Positions 18,835 through 29,207 of a stretch of 64,000 nt of DNA are shown here, one piece after another. This DNA comes from an uncultured Lachnospiraceae bacterium. Lineage in GTDB: Bacteria > Bacillota > Clostridia > Lachnospirales > Lachnospiraceae. The translations under genes were made by a program, and so were the position numbers. Each line of letters starts with the position of its first letter. Positions within the stretch are counted from its first letter, which is position 1. The stretch lies in assembly GCA_947652735.1 (NCBI GenBank), contig CANTEG010000015.1:2165-66164 (forward strand). The letters run 5' to 3'. The notes below the pieces were generated by a model. The model searched no databases. It saw only the letters and a list, made by a program, of their open reading frames with translations, and was not told the origin of the DNA.

Positions 18835-20135
18835 CCAAAGTTTCCTGTCATAAGCTTTGTTCTTTTTGCAGGCACGAAAATGTTAAATCCAAACATATTG
18901 GCAAGATACTTTTCTTTGTTTGTATATACGCCTGGAACCCCTATAACGTAGGCTTCCTTTCTCTCAAACTTTACCTTTCCCATCATTATGTATCTGTAAT
19001 GATAATATCCATGCGATAAAAAGCTGTTTATACCAAGCTTCCAATTGCTCATGGCAAGCCGCCCTATATCGTGGGGAACAATTTTTACACACTCTACAAA
19101 CTGACTGTCTGCAAAAAGCGGCAGCCTTGGAAATGTATCAAGCATTTCCCTGCATACATCCATACAGCTTTTATTTTCCTGCGCTTCCTGATTATTTTCC
19201 CTGCTGCTTTTTTTGTTTCCATTATCAATGGCAGTTTCATCCATGCAGTCTTCACTTGTCCCTGCCATATCCTCTTGGTCTTCCTGATTATCTTGGGAAT
19301 TTACAACTTCCTCTACGTCCCTCTCATCAGTATCTGTCATGTTTCCTCTCGTTACATGAGCATTGTCGATACCATCTGCCTGACTCATGTCAGCCTCACT
19401 GGTATCTCTCATATTTTCACTGGGCATATTGACAGTTTCGGCACCTTCTGACTGCATTATATTAGCGCCACCCACATCATCATCAAATACACGATTATTC
19501 CCAACACTGCCATCTCGGCTTACATCATCTTCCTTAGCAACTGTCATATCATTACTGACATTTTCCGTTTTGTCATCCTGATTATTCCTAACATTCTCTG
19601 CAACGGTTTTATTTACACTATTTCCAGCTTTCCCTGTCTGACTCCTGCCACCTTGATTTTCTTTCTCTGTGGCAGCATTTATTCCGTCTATCTTTATCTC
19701 CTCAGGCTTAAATGGGTATTCATCCCACATACCCGCCAAAATTTCTCCATCATCGCACACAAAAAAAAGACCATCGTATGTATCAAAGGATGCCCCATCA
19801 CCTAACGGGCTATCCCAATCAAGCTCAAACCTTTTTGTAATGGTGTCCCGTTCTTCAGGAGTAAAATGCATTTCCTCCAAGAAGCGAACCTTTGGGGCTA
19901 TTGCACCCTCCGGTCTGTACATAAGATACACAAGGCACCTGCAAGCTTGTCTTTTATACATTTTCATTCCGACCTGTATTCGTGCCGTATCTGTTTTTTT
20001 GTCCATCTTATTTCGTCTTGAGGAAACAACCCTGTATTCAGATGCGACACGCTGCACTTTTATAAAACCTGCATTCTCACATCTTGTGTTATTTCGGTAT
20101 TTGAATATATAGGATACCCATCTACCTTGCTGCAT
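18804..20135 (-). CDS. Hypothetical protein (DUF6128-like C-terminus, low-complexity acidic centre)
   Basis: C-terminal DIGRL...NSFLSHGYYHY...GVPG...MFGF; N/D/E/S-rich middle. Convergent overlap of 31 nt with the GNAT gene. Confidence 0.6.
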   Translation of the reverse strand: MQQGRWVSYIFKYRNNTRCENAGFIKVQRVASEYRVVSSRRNKMDKKTDTARIQVGMKMYKRQACRCLVYLMYRPEGAIAPKVRFLEEMHFTPEERDTITKRFELDWDSPLGDGASFDTYDGLFFVCDDGEILAGMWDEYPFKPEEIKIDGINAATEKENQGGRSQTGKAGNSVNKTVAENVRNNQDDKTENVSNDMTVAKEDDVSRDGSVGNNRVFDDDVGGANIMQSEGAETVNMPSENMRDTSEADMSQADGIDNAHVTRGNMTDTDERDVEEVVNSQDNQEDQEDMAGTSEDCMDETAIDNGNKKSSRENNQEAQENKSCMDVCREMLDTFPRLPLFADSQFVECVKIVPHDIGRLAMSNWKLGINSFLSHGYYHYRYIMMGKVKFERKEAYVIGVPGVYTNKEKYLANMFGFNIFVPAKRTKLMTGNFGYWISEILTE

Positions 20136-20343
20136 AGCAAAACCTCACTTCCCCTTAATTATTGTCCGAGCCATAAGGCGAAAATCTCCACACGCTTTTG
20201 CGCCTCTCCGTCATAAGCCGGTGAACCTGCGTCCAATAACACTTATAAATATATATGCCATGTGAGGTGAAAATATAACACGCTTATTAGAAATATCATA
20301 TACATTACCTATAATAAAAAATATAGTGTAAAATATTAAAACC

Positions 20344-20372
20344 TTGAATACATGTTATTTGCGTGTTATACT
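20344..20372 (+). promoter_or_regulatory. sigA promoter of the small toxin-like gene
   Basis: TTGAAT-N17-TATACT with extended TG. Confidence 0.75.
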
Positions 20373-20453
20373 ACACTTGTATAATTGAAAAGAAAGTCGG
20401 ATGTGGTTTTCGATTGTCAAATGCCCTCTAGTATTAAAGGAGGGTGATGCCCC

Positions 20454-20540
20454 ATGAACACATTAGAAGTTCTCACTCTATTGTTAGTTGTTTTTGCGGC
20501 TTTGTCATACATAGACAGTCATTTTAACAAAAAGAAATAG
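20454..20540 (+). CDS. 28-aa type I toxin-like membrane peptide
   Basis: Not in the ORF track. AAAGGAGGGTGA RBS; MNTLEVLTLLLVVFAALSYIDSHFNKKK is one TM helix plus a basic tail. Confidence 0.75.
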   Translation: MNTLEVLTLLLVVFAALSYIDSHFNKKK

Positions 20541-20632
20541 CATCCTGACCCCTAAGAAAAGTTTAGATGCTAGTTCTTTTACATTTTGAATTTTACTGAG
20601 GGCGCATCGGAACTATATCCGATTGCCTTTCT
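20529..20632 (-). ncRNA. Putative antisense antitoxin RNA
   Basis: Own promoter at 20639-20667; terminator hairpin TAGCATC/GATGCTA (20538-20572) followed by a U-tract that overlaps the toxin stop codon. Confidence 0.65.
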
Positions 20633-20638
20633 GATTAA

Positions 20639-20667
20639 ATTATACACTAGGGTGGCTGAGAAATCAA
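20639..20667 (-). promoter_or_regulatory. sigA promoter of the antisense RNA
   Basis: TTGATT-N17-TATAAT on the minus strand. Confidence 0.75.
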
Positions 20668-20704
20668 CTACCCTTTTAAATTTGTATATATTTGACACAT
20701 TAGC

Positions 20705-21190
20705 TTATTTCCCTACCAAACTATCATATTCCTGATTTGCCAGTTCCAGTTGTTTTATATAATCTGCTTTCATACGCTCGTGCCTTTTTATCTGATACAC
20801 AAAATTGTTCAAATTGGCGGAGCCACCCTTTTCCTCCTGCTTACAATGTATGTACATCGGGAAATGTTTCATAACACGTCTTACTGTATATCCAACAAAT
20901 GAAACAATTCCACCAAATATAATGATAGTAACATATGTATACGACAGCATATTCATTAAAAAGCCATATGGATTTGTAAGTATCCACATAAGCATCACTA
21001 TTGATATTACAACAAATACACATGTTGTCTTAAAGTCATTGTTTAATCTTTCTAATGCAAGCTTAAAACTGCTTATCTCTTTTTCCTCAATACCAACACT
21101 GATTCCAAGACTTTCAATTTTGGCCTCAAGCTGTTTCATCTGCTTATACTGTTCTGTGGTAACGTCATCTTCTTTATATGATAACTGCAC
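20705..21190 (-). CDS. Hypothetical 161-aa protein (coiled coil - 2 TM - coiled coil), paralog 1
   Basis: GTG start with GAGGGG RBS; colinear with 24112-24597. Confidence 0.75.
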   Translation of the reverse strand: MQLSYKEDDVTTEQYKQMKQLEAKIESLGISVGIEEKEISSFKLALERLNNDFKTTCVFVVISIVMLMWILTNPYGFLMNMLSYTYVTIIIFGGIVSFVGYTVRRVMKHFPMYIHCKQEEKGGSANLNNFVYQIKRHERMKADYIKQLELANQEYDSLVGK

Positions 21191-21207
21191 ACTGATTCCT
21201 CCCCTCG

Positions 21208-21891
21208 TTACACATCAGCCTGCAAGAGCTGTCCAGCATGGTTAAAGACATATTGTACGCCAACCCTACCTGCAATGTCCAAATCATGTGTAACAATTAT
21301 AACAGTCTTTCCTCTTTCATTTAGCTTACATAACTGTTCCACAATTATATCTTTGTTGTCCACATCCAATGCACCTGTAGGTTCATCTGCCAAAATAACC
21401 TCAGGGTCATTTACAATCGCCCTTGCTATCGATATCCGCTGCTTTTCTCCACCTGATAATTCATTCACATTTCTGTGCATATAGTCCGCCATATTTACAT
21501 CTTCAAGGGCTTTCTCTATCTTCTCTTTGTATTCACACTTTCTAATTTTTTTATCAAACATAAGCGGCACTGATACATTGTCATACACATTTCTATATGG
21601 TATTAAACCATTATTTTGCAATACATATCCAAAATATTTATTTCTGACATGTGACTTTTCACGCTCCGTATAATCATCAGTATTAATGCTATTTAAAAAA
21701 TACTGTCCTGATGTAATCTTGTCTATGCAGCCAATTATATTAAGTAATGTGGATTTGCCTATACCTGAAGGACCCGTAATGGCAATGAAATCCCCCTTAT
21801 TTACACGGAAATTAACATTATTTAATGGTGTGATTTTTTTATTCTTACCATCACTATATTCTTTTTTTACTCCCTTAAGTTCAATTATCAT
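21208..21891 (-). CDS. ABC transporter ATP-binding protein (LolD/MacB-type)
   Basis: GPSGIGKST, LSGGEKQR, LADEPTGALD, IVTHD. Confidence 0.93.
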   Translation of the reverse strand: MIIELKGVKKEYSDGKNKKITPLNNVNFRVNKGDFIAITGPSGIGKSTLLNIIGCIDKITSGQYFLNSINTDDYTEREKSHVRNKYFGYVLQNNGLIPYRNVYDNVSVPLMFDKKIRKCEYKEKIEKALEDVNMADYMHRNVNELSGGEKQRISIARAIVNDPEVILADEPTGALDVDNKDIIVEQLCKLNERGKTVIIVTHDLDIAGRVGVQYVFNHAGQLLQADV

Positions 21892-21913
21892 AACGCACTC
21901 CAATTCCAAAATA

Positions 21914-23056
21914 TTAAATATCTCTCTCAATTAAATCTATAATATGTTCCCGTTTCCAACATGCTCCAACAATCAGGGTCGAACCCATATACAATAAAAC
22001 AATAATCAAAAGTACAGCCAAACTATAATAAAGACTTATATAACCATCTAAAATTCCCTTTTTCATTAAAATGATGGAAACCGTCTCTCCCACAACCGAA
22101 CCAAGCACCGCCGATAATAATCCGTTAATTTTTATGAGCATTAATGCTTCCGTATAACCTGCTCCTTCAAGAAGCAGCACACCCAATTCCCGTCTTCTTC
22201 TGATAACGGAAATGTATATGCTTCCCAAAAACACAGATAACCCAACAATAAGCCCTGCTATCACAAATACCTTTTTCTGGTTTTTTTCATATATCAGATG
22301 CTCCTCGTTTACTCCGATTACATCATTACCATCACTTACATCACCGATATTTTCAAACAAAGACTCGAGCACATCACTTTCATACTTGTCATTAGGTTCC
22401 AATGTAAAAATACCCATATTGTCATCTCCACCGTAAAATGCATTGTCTGTCGTTATGATTGCATCTGCCAAATAAAGTTCATCATCCAAATCCACAATAA
22501 GCATATCATATATGAGATTCCCCTTGCCTGTCGGATAGTAAACCGCGTCCATGTCAAGAATACCACATACAGTTTTTTTCTTTTCAATAGGGGTTCCTGC
22601 CATATCATATCCTGAAACCTTTACAGTGTCTCCTATATCATATAGTTTCCCCAAGGACTTTGAAATAATTACCTGATTGTCACTTTCAATCGCTTTACCT
22701 TTTTTAAAGCTGTACGATATTGTATCTGCCAGAAATTTGTCATAAACATATGCCTCGCATACATTTTCGTCACACATCACACCTGTATGTCCGACAAAAT
22801 GTAACGTCCCATATTCCCGTGTTAGTTTTTCTATATCTGAATATGTATAATCCTCATTTTCAACAGTAATAAAGACCGTGTTTGAAAGCCTTTCCAATAA
22901 ACGGATATGCTTCTTTACATATCCCATGTTACAGAAGAAAAACAAACCTACAAAAGAAAGGGCAACTGAAAATATAAATATTCTGAAATTTTCTCTTTTG
23001 TCTGTCAAAAGGTCTTTTAAAACATAATTTATTTTCTTCAAAATTCCACCTGCCAT
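21914..23056 (-). CDS. ABC transporter permease (FtsX/MacB-like)
   Basis: N-terminal TM, large extracellular loop, RRRRELGVLLLEGA, three C-terminal TMs. Confidence 0.8.
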   Translation of the reverse strand: MAGGILKKINYVLKDLLTDKRENFRIFIFSVALSFVGLFFFCNMGYVKKHIRLLERLSNTVFITVENEDYTYSDIEKLTREYGTLHFVGHTGVMCDENVCEAYVYDKFLADTISYSFKKGKAIESDNQVIISKSLGKLYDIGDTVKVSGYDMAGTPIEKKKTVCGILDMDAVYYPTGKGNLIYDMLIVDLDDELYLADAIITTDNAFYGGDDNMGIFTLEPNDKYESDVLESLFENIGDVSDGNDVIGVNEEHLIYEKNQKKVFVIAGLIVGLSVFLGSIYISVIRRRRELGVLLLEGAGYTEALMLIKINGLLSAVLGSVVGETVSIILMKKGILDGYISLYYSLAVLLIIVLLYMGSTLIVGACWKREHIIDLIERDI

Positions 23057-23086
23057 TTTATCGTTTGATATGATTTGATGCCATCC

Positions 23087-23802
23087 TTAACATTCCCTGC
23101 TTATCATGCTGCCTGTATAATTTAGTGTAACTCTTATATATATCAATGCTTCAACTATATAACAGAGCATAAAAGCCAAAAACGTAATAAGATATGTGAC
23201 CGCTTTTATTTTATTAAAATTAAAATCTGTAACCATTAAAAGCAGGTTGCAGAGTACGGCACCAATTACAAAGCTTATAACACCTGCTCCAATTACCTGA
23301 ACAAGATATATTCTTCTGATATCCGATTTTGTCGCACCGCATCTCCTTAAAACAGCAATATCCAAGCTTTGCATATGCATAATTATTTCTACAAATACAA
23401 GTGCAGAATATAGCTTTGAGACGCACCATCAAACTTTCCATATGATAAATACTGATTTCTTTCCTCATTTTCCTGTGCATCAAAAACCAAATAGGAAGAA
23501 ATTTGATATTCATTTCCCCCAGAGCCCTCATTTGAATTTGATGCAGCAAGAAGCTCAATCACATTTATGTTTTTGTTGTTAATGTCATTTGGCATTTCAT
23601 CTACAATATCTATGCCAATACCCTCATCAAAATAGTAAGTATAATAATATTTCCCATCATCAGCTTTCTCACAGCTTTCATAAAAAAACTGCACCAGTAA
23701 AATATTTGAACACACAATCAGGCTCAAAACCGAAAGAAATACCGCAACCATAAACTTATTATACTTTGCCCATCCCAATACAAATTTTATTTGTTCCTTC
23801 AT
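23087..23802 (-). pseudogene. Internally deleted and frameshifted FtsX-like permease
   Basis: The N-terminal half (23389-23802) ends out of frame with the C-terminal FtsX half (YSALVFVEIIMHMQSLDIAVLRRCGA). Together they are much shorter than the neighbouring permease. Confidence 0.65.
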
Positions 23803-24111
23803 ATGTTCTCCTAACGCAAATGCCTACAGTAATTTAAAACTACTGTAGGTATAATATCTTTTTCATTTTTCAATTTTTACAATTAATAAGGGGGTATTTG
23901 TCCAACTGATACTATTACGCATAGTACCGCCTTGATTTTTTAAATTTATGATTTTTCTCCCCTTTTTTCAATTATGGGCATCAGCCCATCCCAAGATTGT
24001 TATAAACAACACCAGTATAAAAAATTAAATTTGTAAAATCAACTATTTTTTACACAATCTGACTTTTTTCAACTTTGTGAATAATAAATTGGCTCATGCC
24101 CTTACTTCAAG

Positions 24112-24597
24112 CTACTCTCCCTTTAAATTCACGTATTCTTGATTTAGCGGCTCTAACTCCTTTATGTACTCTGCTTTCCTGCGCTCATGCATTTTTATCT
24201 GATACACATAATTGGTCACGTCAGCAGAACCACCCTTTTCTTCCTGCCTGCAATGTATGTACATAGGAAAATGTTTTCTTGCCCGTTTAACAGTATATGC
24301 GATAAATAAAATGGTTCCGCAAAAAGTAAGAATGGCAATATGAAGTGTTGATATCATATTTAAAAAAAATCCATATGGATTTATAAATACCCTCACAGCT
24401 AACAATGCCGAAACTGCAACGAATAGACAAGTCACCTTAAATTCTCCCCTTAAAATTTCCAAGTCATGCTTTAAGTTATTTATCTCCTGCTCCTCAGCTT
24501 CAATATTTTTCTCAAGACTTATTATTTTTCTCTCAACCTCTGCCATCTGCTTATACTGTTCCTTAGGAATGTCATCTTTCCTGTGTACTAACTGCAT
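24112..24597 (-). CDS. Hypothetical 161-aa protein, paralog 2
   Basis: Start moved to MQLVHRK (RBS GGAGGGGAG); shares EQYKQM, NPYGF, KHFPMYIHCxQEEKGGSA and YQIKxHER with paralog 1. Confidence 0.75.
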   Translation of the reverse strand: MQLVHRKDDIPKEQYKQMAEVERKIISLEKNIEAEEQEINNLKHDLEILRGEFKVTCLFVAVSALLAVRVFINPYGFFLNMISTLHIAILTFCGTILFIAYTVKRARKHFPMYIHCRQEEKGGSADVTNYVYQIKMHERRKAEYIKELEPLNQEYVNLKGE

Positions 24598-24833
24598 ACT
24601 TTCTCCCCTCCCTTGAACATTATTCCGTTTTTTCTTTACCCTCTGCTTAAAACTATACTGTACTTGAACCTGAGCTGCAACATTGAATATTCGCATTGAC
24701 ACACATTTTATTCTATCATACCTGATACAAACAAATTTAGTAACGAAAAAACAAATACAAGATACTTTACACACTATATGTCCTTTGATAAAATTATATT
24801 GTTAATAAAATACATACTAAGGAGGATTTAAAC

Positions 24834-26372
24834 ATGGAATCAAAACATATGACTGCATTAGACGATTACATCAATAAGGTATATACTATAGTATTGCTTG
24901 CTGTTCCCGGCGCTTGTCAGGCTGCGGGCATTTTATATACCTTAGAAAAAGTAATTGGTTTACTGCCAACTGTAAGCTGGGCATTATTAATTGTATTTGA
25001 TTGCACCTGCTTATTATATCTTGCTATTGGTATATTTTTTGTTAAAACGGGATTTGAAAATCACATGGTGCTTCGACGAAAATTAACACAAGGTAAACTG
25101 TTTCTTATTATCATTATGTTTACCCAATTTAATTTTATTTTATATATGATTCCCTCATCTGACTTTTGGGCTTTTGCCTTTTTATTTACGATAGCCACTG
25201 CACTTTTTCTGGACAGCAAAATGGTAATTGCCACCAGCATCGAAATTACATTATCGCTAATCGTAGCATGGATTATACGGAGCAATGTACTGTTACCGGC
25301 TGACAATGAATATTTTATGCCAAACATAATAAACCGTTGCGTCTGTATTGTACTATCGTTGGCATTTATCTGGCTGCTCACCTGGCTTGTAGAACATTTT
25401 TTGGTCAATGCCAAAAAGGATGAAATGGAACAAAATAATGAACGCATTCAAGGTATGCTGATTTCCGTTTCACAATTATCAGAACAGTTAGGCAATGCTG
25501 GCGCCGTACTCTCCAATATTTCAGCAAGCGAAAGTGCTTCTGCCGAGGAACTTGCAGCAACCAGTGAAAACTTATTGACAAACAATACCAAGCTTCGCAG
25601 GAAAAGTGATGACAGCCTTGAAAATTTGACAGAATTACAGCACTGGGAATCCATTGTGAGTGAATATGTTGCACAGGTAGAAAGCAGTTCCAAGGATTTA
25701 TTAGAACGCTCACATGACAACGAAAAACGTCTGCAAGCGTTAAAGGAAATTAATATGTCCGTTGCAGATTCCATGGAATGCACGAATCAGGTTGCCGAAA
25801 AGCTGTCAGAAGCTGTGGAGGAAATCGGCATAACCCTGAATATCATAAGCGAAATATCTGCTTCCACAAATTTACTTGCACTGAATGCATCCATTGAAGC
25901 AGCAAGAGCAGGCGAAGCAGGAAGAGGCTTTGCTGTTGTTGCCGCCTCTGTAGGTTCTTTGGCAAACGATACGAAAGACTCCTTGGAGCAGGTGACTAAG
26001 GTTATAACAAACGTACAACAAAATGTTTCCAACATGTCAAAATATGTAGAGCAAAACATGGAACAGCTCCAACAGCAGGACAATCATTTTCAGGCTGTGT
26101 TCGCAGGCATTCAGGAAATGATTCATATATTATATACCTCTATGGAGCGTATAAATGCAATGGGTGAGGCCCATCAAAAACAAGCTGAAGTGATTAAGAA
26201 TACCGTTACAATCAACGAAACTATAGCAGATAGTATTAAACAGGAAAATACTGAATTTTCCAATATAAATGATATGGTTGAAAATACTACGAAAGATTTG
26301 ACTCAAATGATGGAGCAGGTAACTGTTTTAAATCAGATGGTGGAGCAAATCAATCAATTGTTATCAGCATAA
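24834..26372 (+). CDS. Methyl-accepting chemotaxis protein with multi-TM N-terminus
   Basis: [26 protein letters not shown] hairpin-tip motif. Confidence 0.9.
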   Translation: MESKHMTALDDYINKVYTIVLLAVPGACQAAGILYTLEKVIGLLPTVSWALLIVFDCTCLLYLAIGIFFVKTGFENHMVLRRKLTQGKLFLIIIMFTQFNFILYMIPSSDFWAFAFLFTIATALFLDSKMVIATSIEITLSLIVAWIIRSNVLLPADNEYFMPNIINRCVCIVLSLAFIWLLTWLVEHFLVNAKKDEMEQNNERIQGMLISVSQLSEQLGNAGAVLSNISASESASAEELAATSENLLTNNTKLRRKSDDSLENLTELQHWESIVSEYVAQVESSSKDLLERSHDNEKRLQALKEINMSVADSMECTNQVAEKLSEAVEEIGITLNIISEISASTNLLALNASIEAARAGEAGRGFAVVAASVGSLANDTKDSLEQVTKVITNVQQNVSNMSKYVEQNMEQLQQQDNHFQAVFAGIQEMIHILYTSMERINAMGEAHQKQAEVIKNTVTINETIADSIKQENTEFSNINDMVENTTKDLTQMMEQVTVLNQMVEQINQLLSA

Positions 26373-26400
26373 TATGTTAAAGCTCCTCAATCATAAGTAA

Positions 26401-26507
26401 GAACAAAGTGCTTTGGGCACTCTTTATACCGCCACTACTTTTATAGCACTTTATAGCAGGATTTTTAATCCTGCCTTATAGGAAAATACAGAGTACTTTC
26501 CTATAAA
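26401..26507 (+). repeat. Dispersed multi-hairpin intergenic repeat, copy C
   Basis: Short form like copy A; lies between convergent chemoreceptor genes. Confidence 0.85.
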
Positions 26508-26517
26508 ATAAAAACAA

Positions 26518-26553
26518 GCAGTTGACAGTTTCGGGGAAGAAACTGTCACTGCC
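26518..26553 (-). terminator. Intrinsic terminator
   Basis: GCAG-T-TGACAGTTT...AAACTGTCA-CTGC with a downstream U-rich tract on the minus strand. Confidence 0.6.
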
Positions 26554-26665
26554 TGTTTAAGGGGAGAGAGGATTCAATATATGAAAAGCTCTTACAGGTT
26601 TTAATATAACAACAAAATGTGTAAAAAGTATGTTTTCAATGTGAAATGATGTTCACAAATTGACA

Positions 26666-27265
26666 TTACTCACATTCCCTGCCCATATCCTGAATTGCCT
26701 CATCTAACTGTCGCAAGGTTTTCTGGATTGCATCATTGATGGTTCCTGATTCGTGTGCCATCTTACCAAACTCATGAGCAACAACAGTAAATCCTTTACC
26801 TGCCTCTCCTGCTCTTGCCGCCTCAATTGATGCGTTCAATGCAAGTATATTCTGCTTATTCTCAATTTTCTTAAGTCCTTGTGATTTTATGGTCAGTTCC
26901 TTAATAAGGTCAGATGCATTACTTGTTTCCGTACTAAAGCTTGAAAGCTTATCCGTATAAAACAGCTTATTATATGAAGCCTCAAGTAAATTACGGATGG
27001 ACATTACAAGAAGCTCAGCCGCAGCCTCAACCTTCTCCTCGTCTTCATCCTCATCTAAAGGTCCTCCTACAACAGATGCAACAACAACATCATCAACCTC
27101 TATATCCTCACTGAAAGCCTCGATGTTATCACGGGAAAATCCTAATGCATTTGACAGGAAGTTCCCTTCGTCATCAAGAACTACACATATCATATTTGTA
27201 GAAGCTGCCCACTTCTTAAGTAACTCGTCCAACTCACCTATATCCAAATAATCATTTATAGACAT
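26666..27265 (-). CDS. Soluble chemoreceptor-like protein (shortened PocR-like N-terminus plus MCP signalling tip)
   Basis: [25 protein letters not shown]; no TM segments. Confidence 0.8.
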   Translation of the reverse strand: MSINDYLDIGELDELLKKWAASTNMICVVLDDEGNFLSNALGFSRDNIEAFSEDIEVDDVVVASVVGGPLDEDEDEEKVEAAAELLVMSIRNLLEASYNKLFYTDKLSSFSTETSNASDLIKELTIKSQGLKKIENKQNILALNASIEAARAGEAGKGFTVVAHEFGKMAHESGTINDAIQKTLRQLDEAIQDMGRECE

Positions 27266-27411
27266 ATCAACTTACCTCCGTTCAGCATGTGATACTCTCA
27301 TTCTATACAATTTTTACATAAATTTCAACAGCGATTATATAAATGTTTGAAAAAATATTTACAAATCCCCACTGAGAAATTAGAATGTATATGTCAGTTC
27401 GGAGGTATGAT

Positions 27412-28212
27412 ATGTATAAAATATTTGAAACACACGCTCATTTTGATGATGAATATTTTGATGATGACCGAAATGAGCTTCTTTTGTCAATGAAAAACAA
27501 CGGTATAGAAAAGCTTGTCAACATAGGTGCAAGCCTTTCCTCCTGTAAAAATACATTGCAGCTTATGGAACGCTACGACTTTATATACGGTGCCATTGGG
27601 GTTCATCCCTCTGATGTGTCAGACCTTGAGTGCTATGATGGTGGTGATAGTGCTGCAATAAATGCATTAAGGCAAATAGCACTGTCAAACGACAAGGTAG
27701 TTGCCATCGGGGAAATCGGCTTGGATTACCACTACGACAACACCGATAAAACACTGCAAAAAAAATGGTTTGTAGCACAGATGGCGCTTGCAGATGAATT
27801 AAAGCTTCCCATTGTTGTCCACAGCAGGGATGCCGCCGCAGATACAGTGGATATTATGAAAGAAAACCATGCCCAAAAGCTGGGAGGTGTCATTCACTGC
27901 TATTCGTACACAAAAGAGCTGGCAAAGGTATTTCTTGACATGGGATACTTTTTCGGCATAGGCGGTGTAATAACATTTAAAAATGCAAGAAAGCTTGTGG
28001 AAACCGTGGAATATCTTCCCCTTGAAAGCATTGTACTAGAGACGGACAGCCCCTATCTGGCACCCGAACCATACAGAGGAAAACGAAATTCATCACTGAA
28101 TCTTCCATATGTAGCCGAGGCTATCGCAAAAATAAAAAATATATCCGTTGAGGATGTGTACCTTGCAACGTGGAATAATGCCATGCGGCTTTATAATATG
28201 GATAGGAGATAA
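27412..28212 (+). CDS. tatD: TatD-family hydrolase
   Basis: ETHAH, GVHP, IGEIGLDY, VHSRDA, HCYS, LETDSPYL. Confidence 0.92.
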   Translation: MYKIFETHAHFDDEYFDDDRNELLLSMKNNGIEKLVNIGASLSSCKNTLQLMERYDFIYGAIGVHPSDVSDLECYDGGDSAAINALRQIALSNDKVVAIGEIGLDYHYDNTDKTLQKKWFVAQMALADELKLPIVVHSRDAAADTVDIMKENHAQKLGGVIHCYSYTKELAKVFLDMGYFFGIGGVITFKNARKLVETVEYLPLESIVLETDSPYLAPEPYRGKRNSSLNLPYVAEAIAKIKNISVEDVYLATWNNAMRLYNMDRR

Positions 28213-28214
28213 AT

Positions 28215-29087
28215 GTGGATAAATTAAGCAACCCTAAAGTTACCATCGAAATAATTAAAAAATATAACTTCGCCTTTCAAAAAAGATTCGGTCAAAACTT
28301 TCTGATAGACGGACATGTGATTGAGAAAATAAGCAGTGCGGCAGACATTTCAAAAGATGATGTGATTTTGGAAATTGGTCCGGGAATAGGCACTATGACA
28401 CAGTATTTGGCAGAAGCAGCAGGACATGTTTACGCTGTGGAAATAGACAAAAACCTGATTCCTGTCCTTGACGAAACATTATCCGAATATAATAATGTTG
28501 ACATCATTAATGAAGATATATTAAAGGTTGATATTGAAACGCTTTTGGGAAAAGGCAAAGCCTGCAAGGTAGTAGCCAACCTGCCGTATTATATAACAAC
28601 CCCAATTATAATGAAGTTGTTCGAGGAGCATATACCTGCACACTCCATTATCGTAATGGTTCAAAAAGAAGTGGCAGACAGAATGAAAGCCAAACCTGGC
28701 ACAAAGGATTATGGCGCGCTTACGCTTGCCGTACAATACTATGCTGAGCCTTACATAGCAGCAAATGTCCCGCCAAACTGCTTTATGCCAAGACCAAATG
28801 TTGGGTCAGCCGTCATAAGACTTAGCAGTTGGGGCTCCCCTCCTGTTAATGTCGTTGATGAACGTCTCATGTTTCAGCTCATACGTGCTTCTTTTAATCA
28901 ACGGAGAAAAACACTTCAAAACGGTATAAACAACTCACCTGAGCTTTCATTTACAAAGGAACAGGTGGCTGCTGCCTTATCCCATATGGGGCTTAACGAC
29001 TCCGTAAGAGGTGAGACCTTAAGCCTTTCACAGTTTGCAGAGCTTACGAATGTGCTTACCCAACTGTTTACAACGAATGCAATTTAG
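28215..29087 (+). CDS. rsmA: 16S rRNA m6,2A dimethyltransferase
   Basis: KRFGQNFLID, EIGPGIG, ANLPYYITTP, RRKTL. Confidence 0.96.
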   Translation: MDKLSNPKVTIEIIKKYNFAFQKRFGQNFLIDGHVIEKISSAADISKDDVILEIGPGIGTMTQYLAEAAGHVYAVEIDKNLIPVLDETLSEYNNVDIINEDILKVDIETLLGKGKACKVVANLPYYITTPIIMKLFEEHIPAHSIIVMVQKEVADRMKAKPGTKDYGALTLAVQYYAEPYIAANVPPNCFMPRPNVGSAVIRLSSWGSPPVNVVDERLMFQLIRASFNQRRKTLQNGINNSPELSFTKEQVAAALSHMGLNDSVRGETLSLSQFAELTNVLTQLFTTNAI

Positions 29088-29207
29088 GGATATAATGATA
29101 TATCTCATTCATTTATAAAACGACCATCTGCAAAACTGTATTTGCACGATTTTTTTGTATTCATCTTTGCAGATTTACACTAAAATACACGAAGGAGCTA
29201 TAACAAT

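Noticed and set aside
20160-20240. GC-rich hairpin GGCGAAAA...TTTTGCGCC upstream of the DUF6128-like gene as a riboswitch
   Set aside because: One stem only, no recognisable aptamer motif and no expression platform.
23870-23935. 19-codon ORF MRNSISWTNTPLLIVKIEK as the missing cargo peptide of the first ABC cassette
   Set aside because: No signal or leader features and weak RBS; probably spurious.
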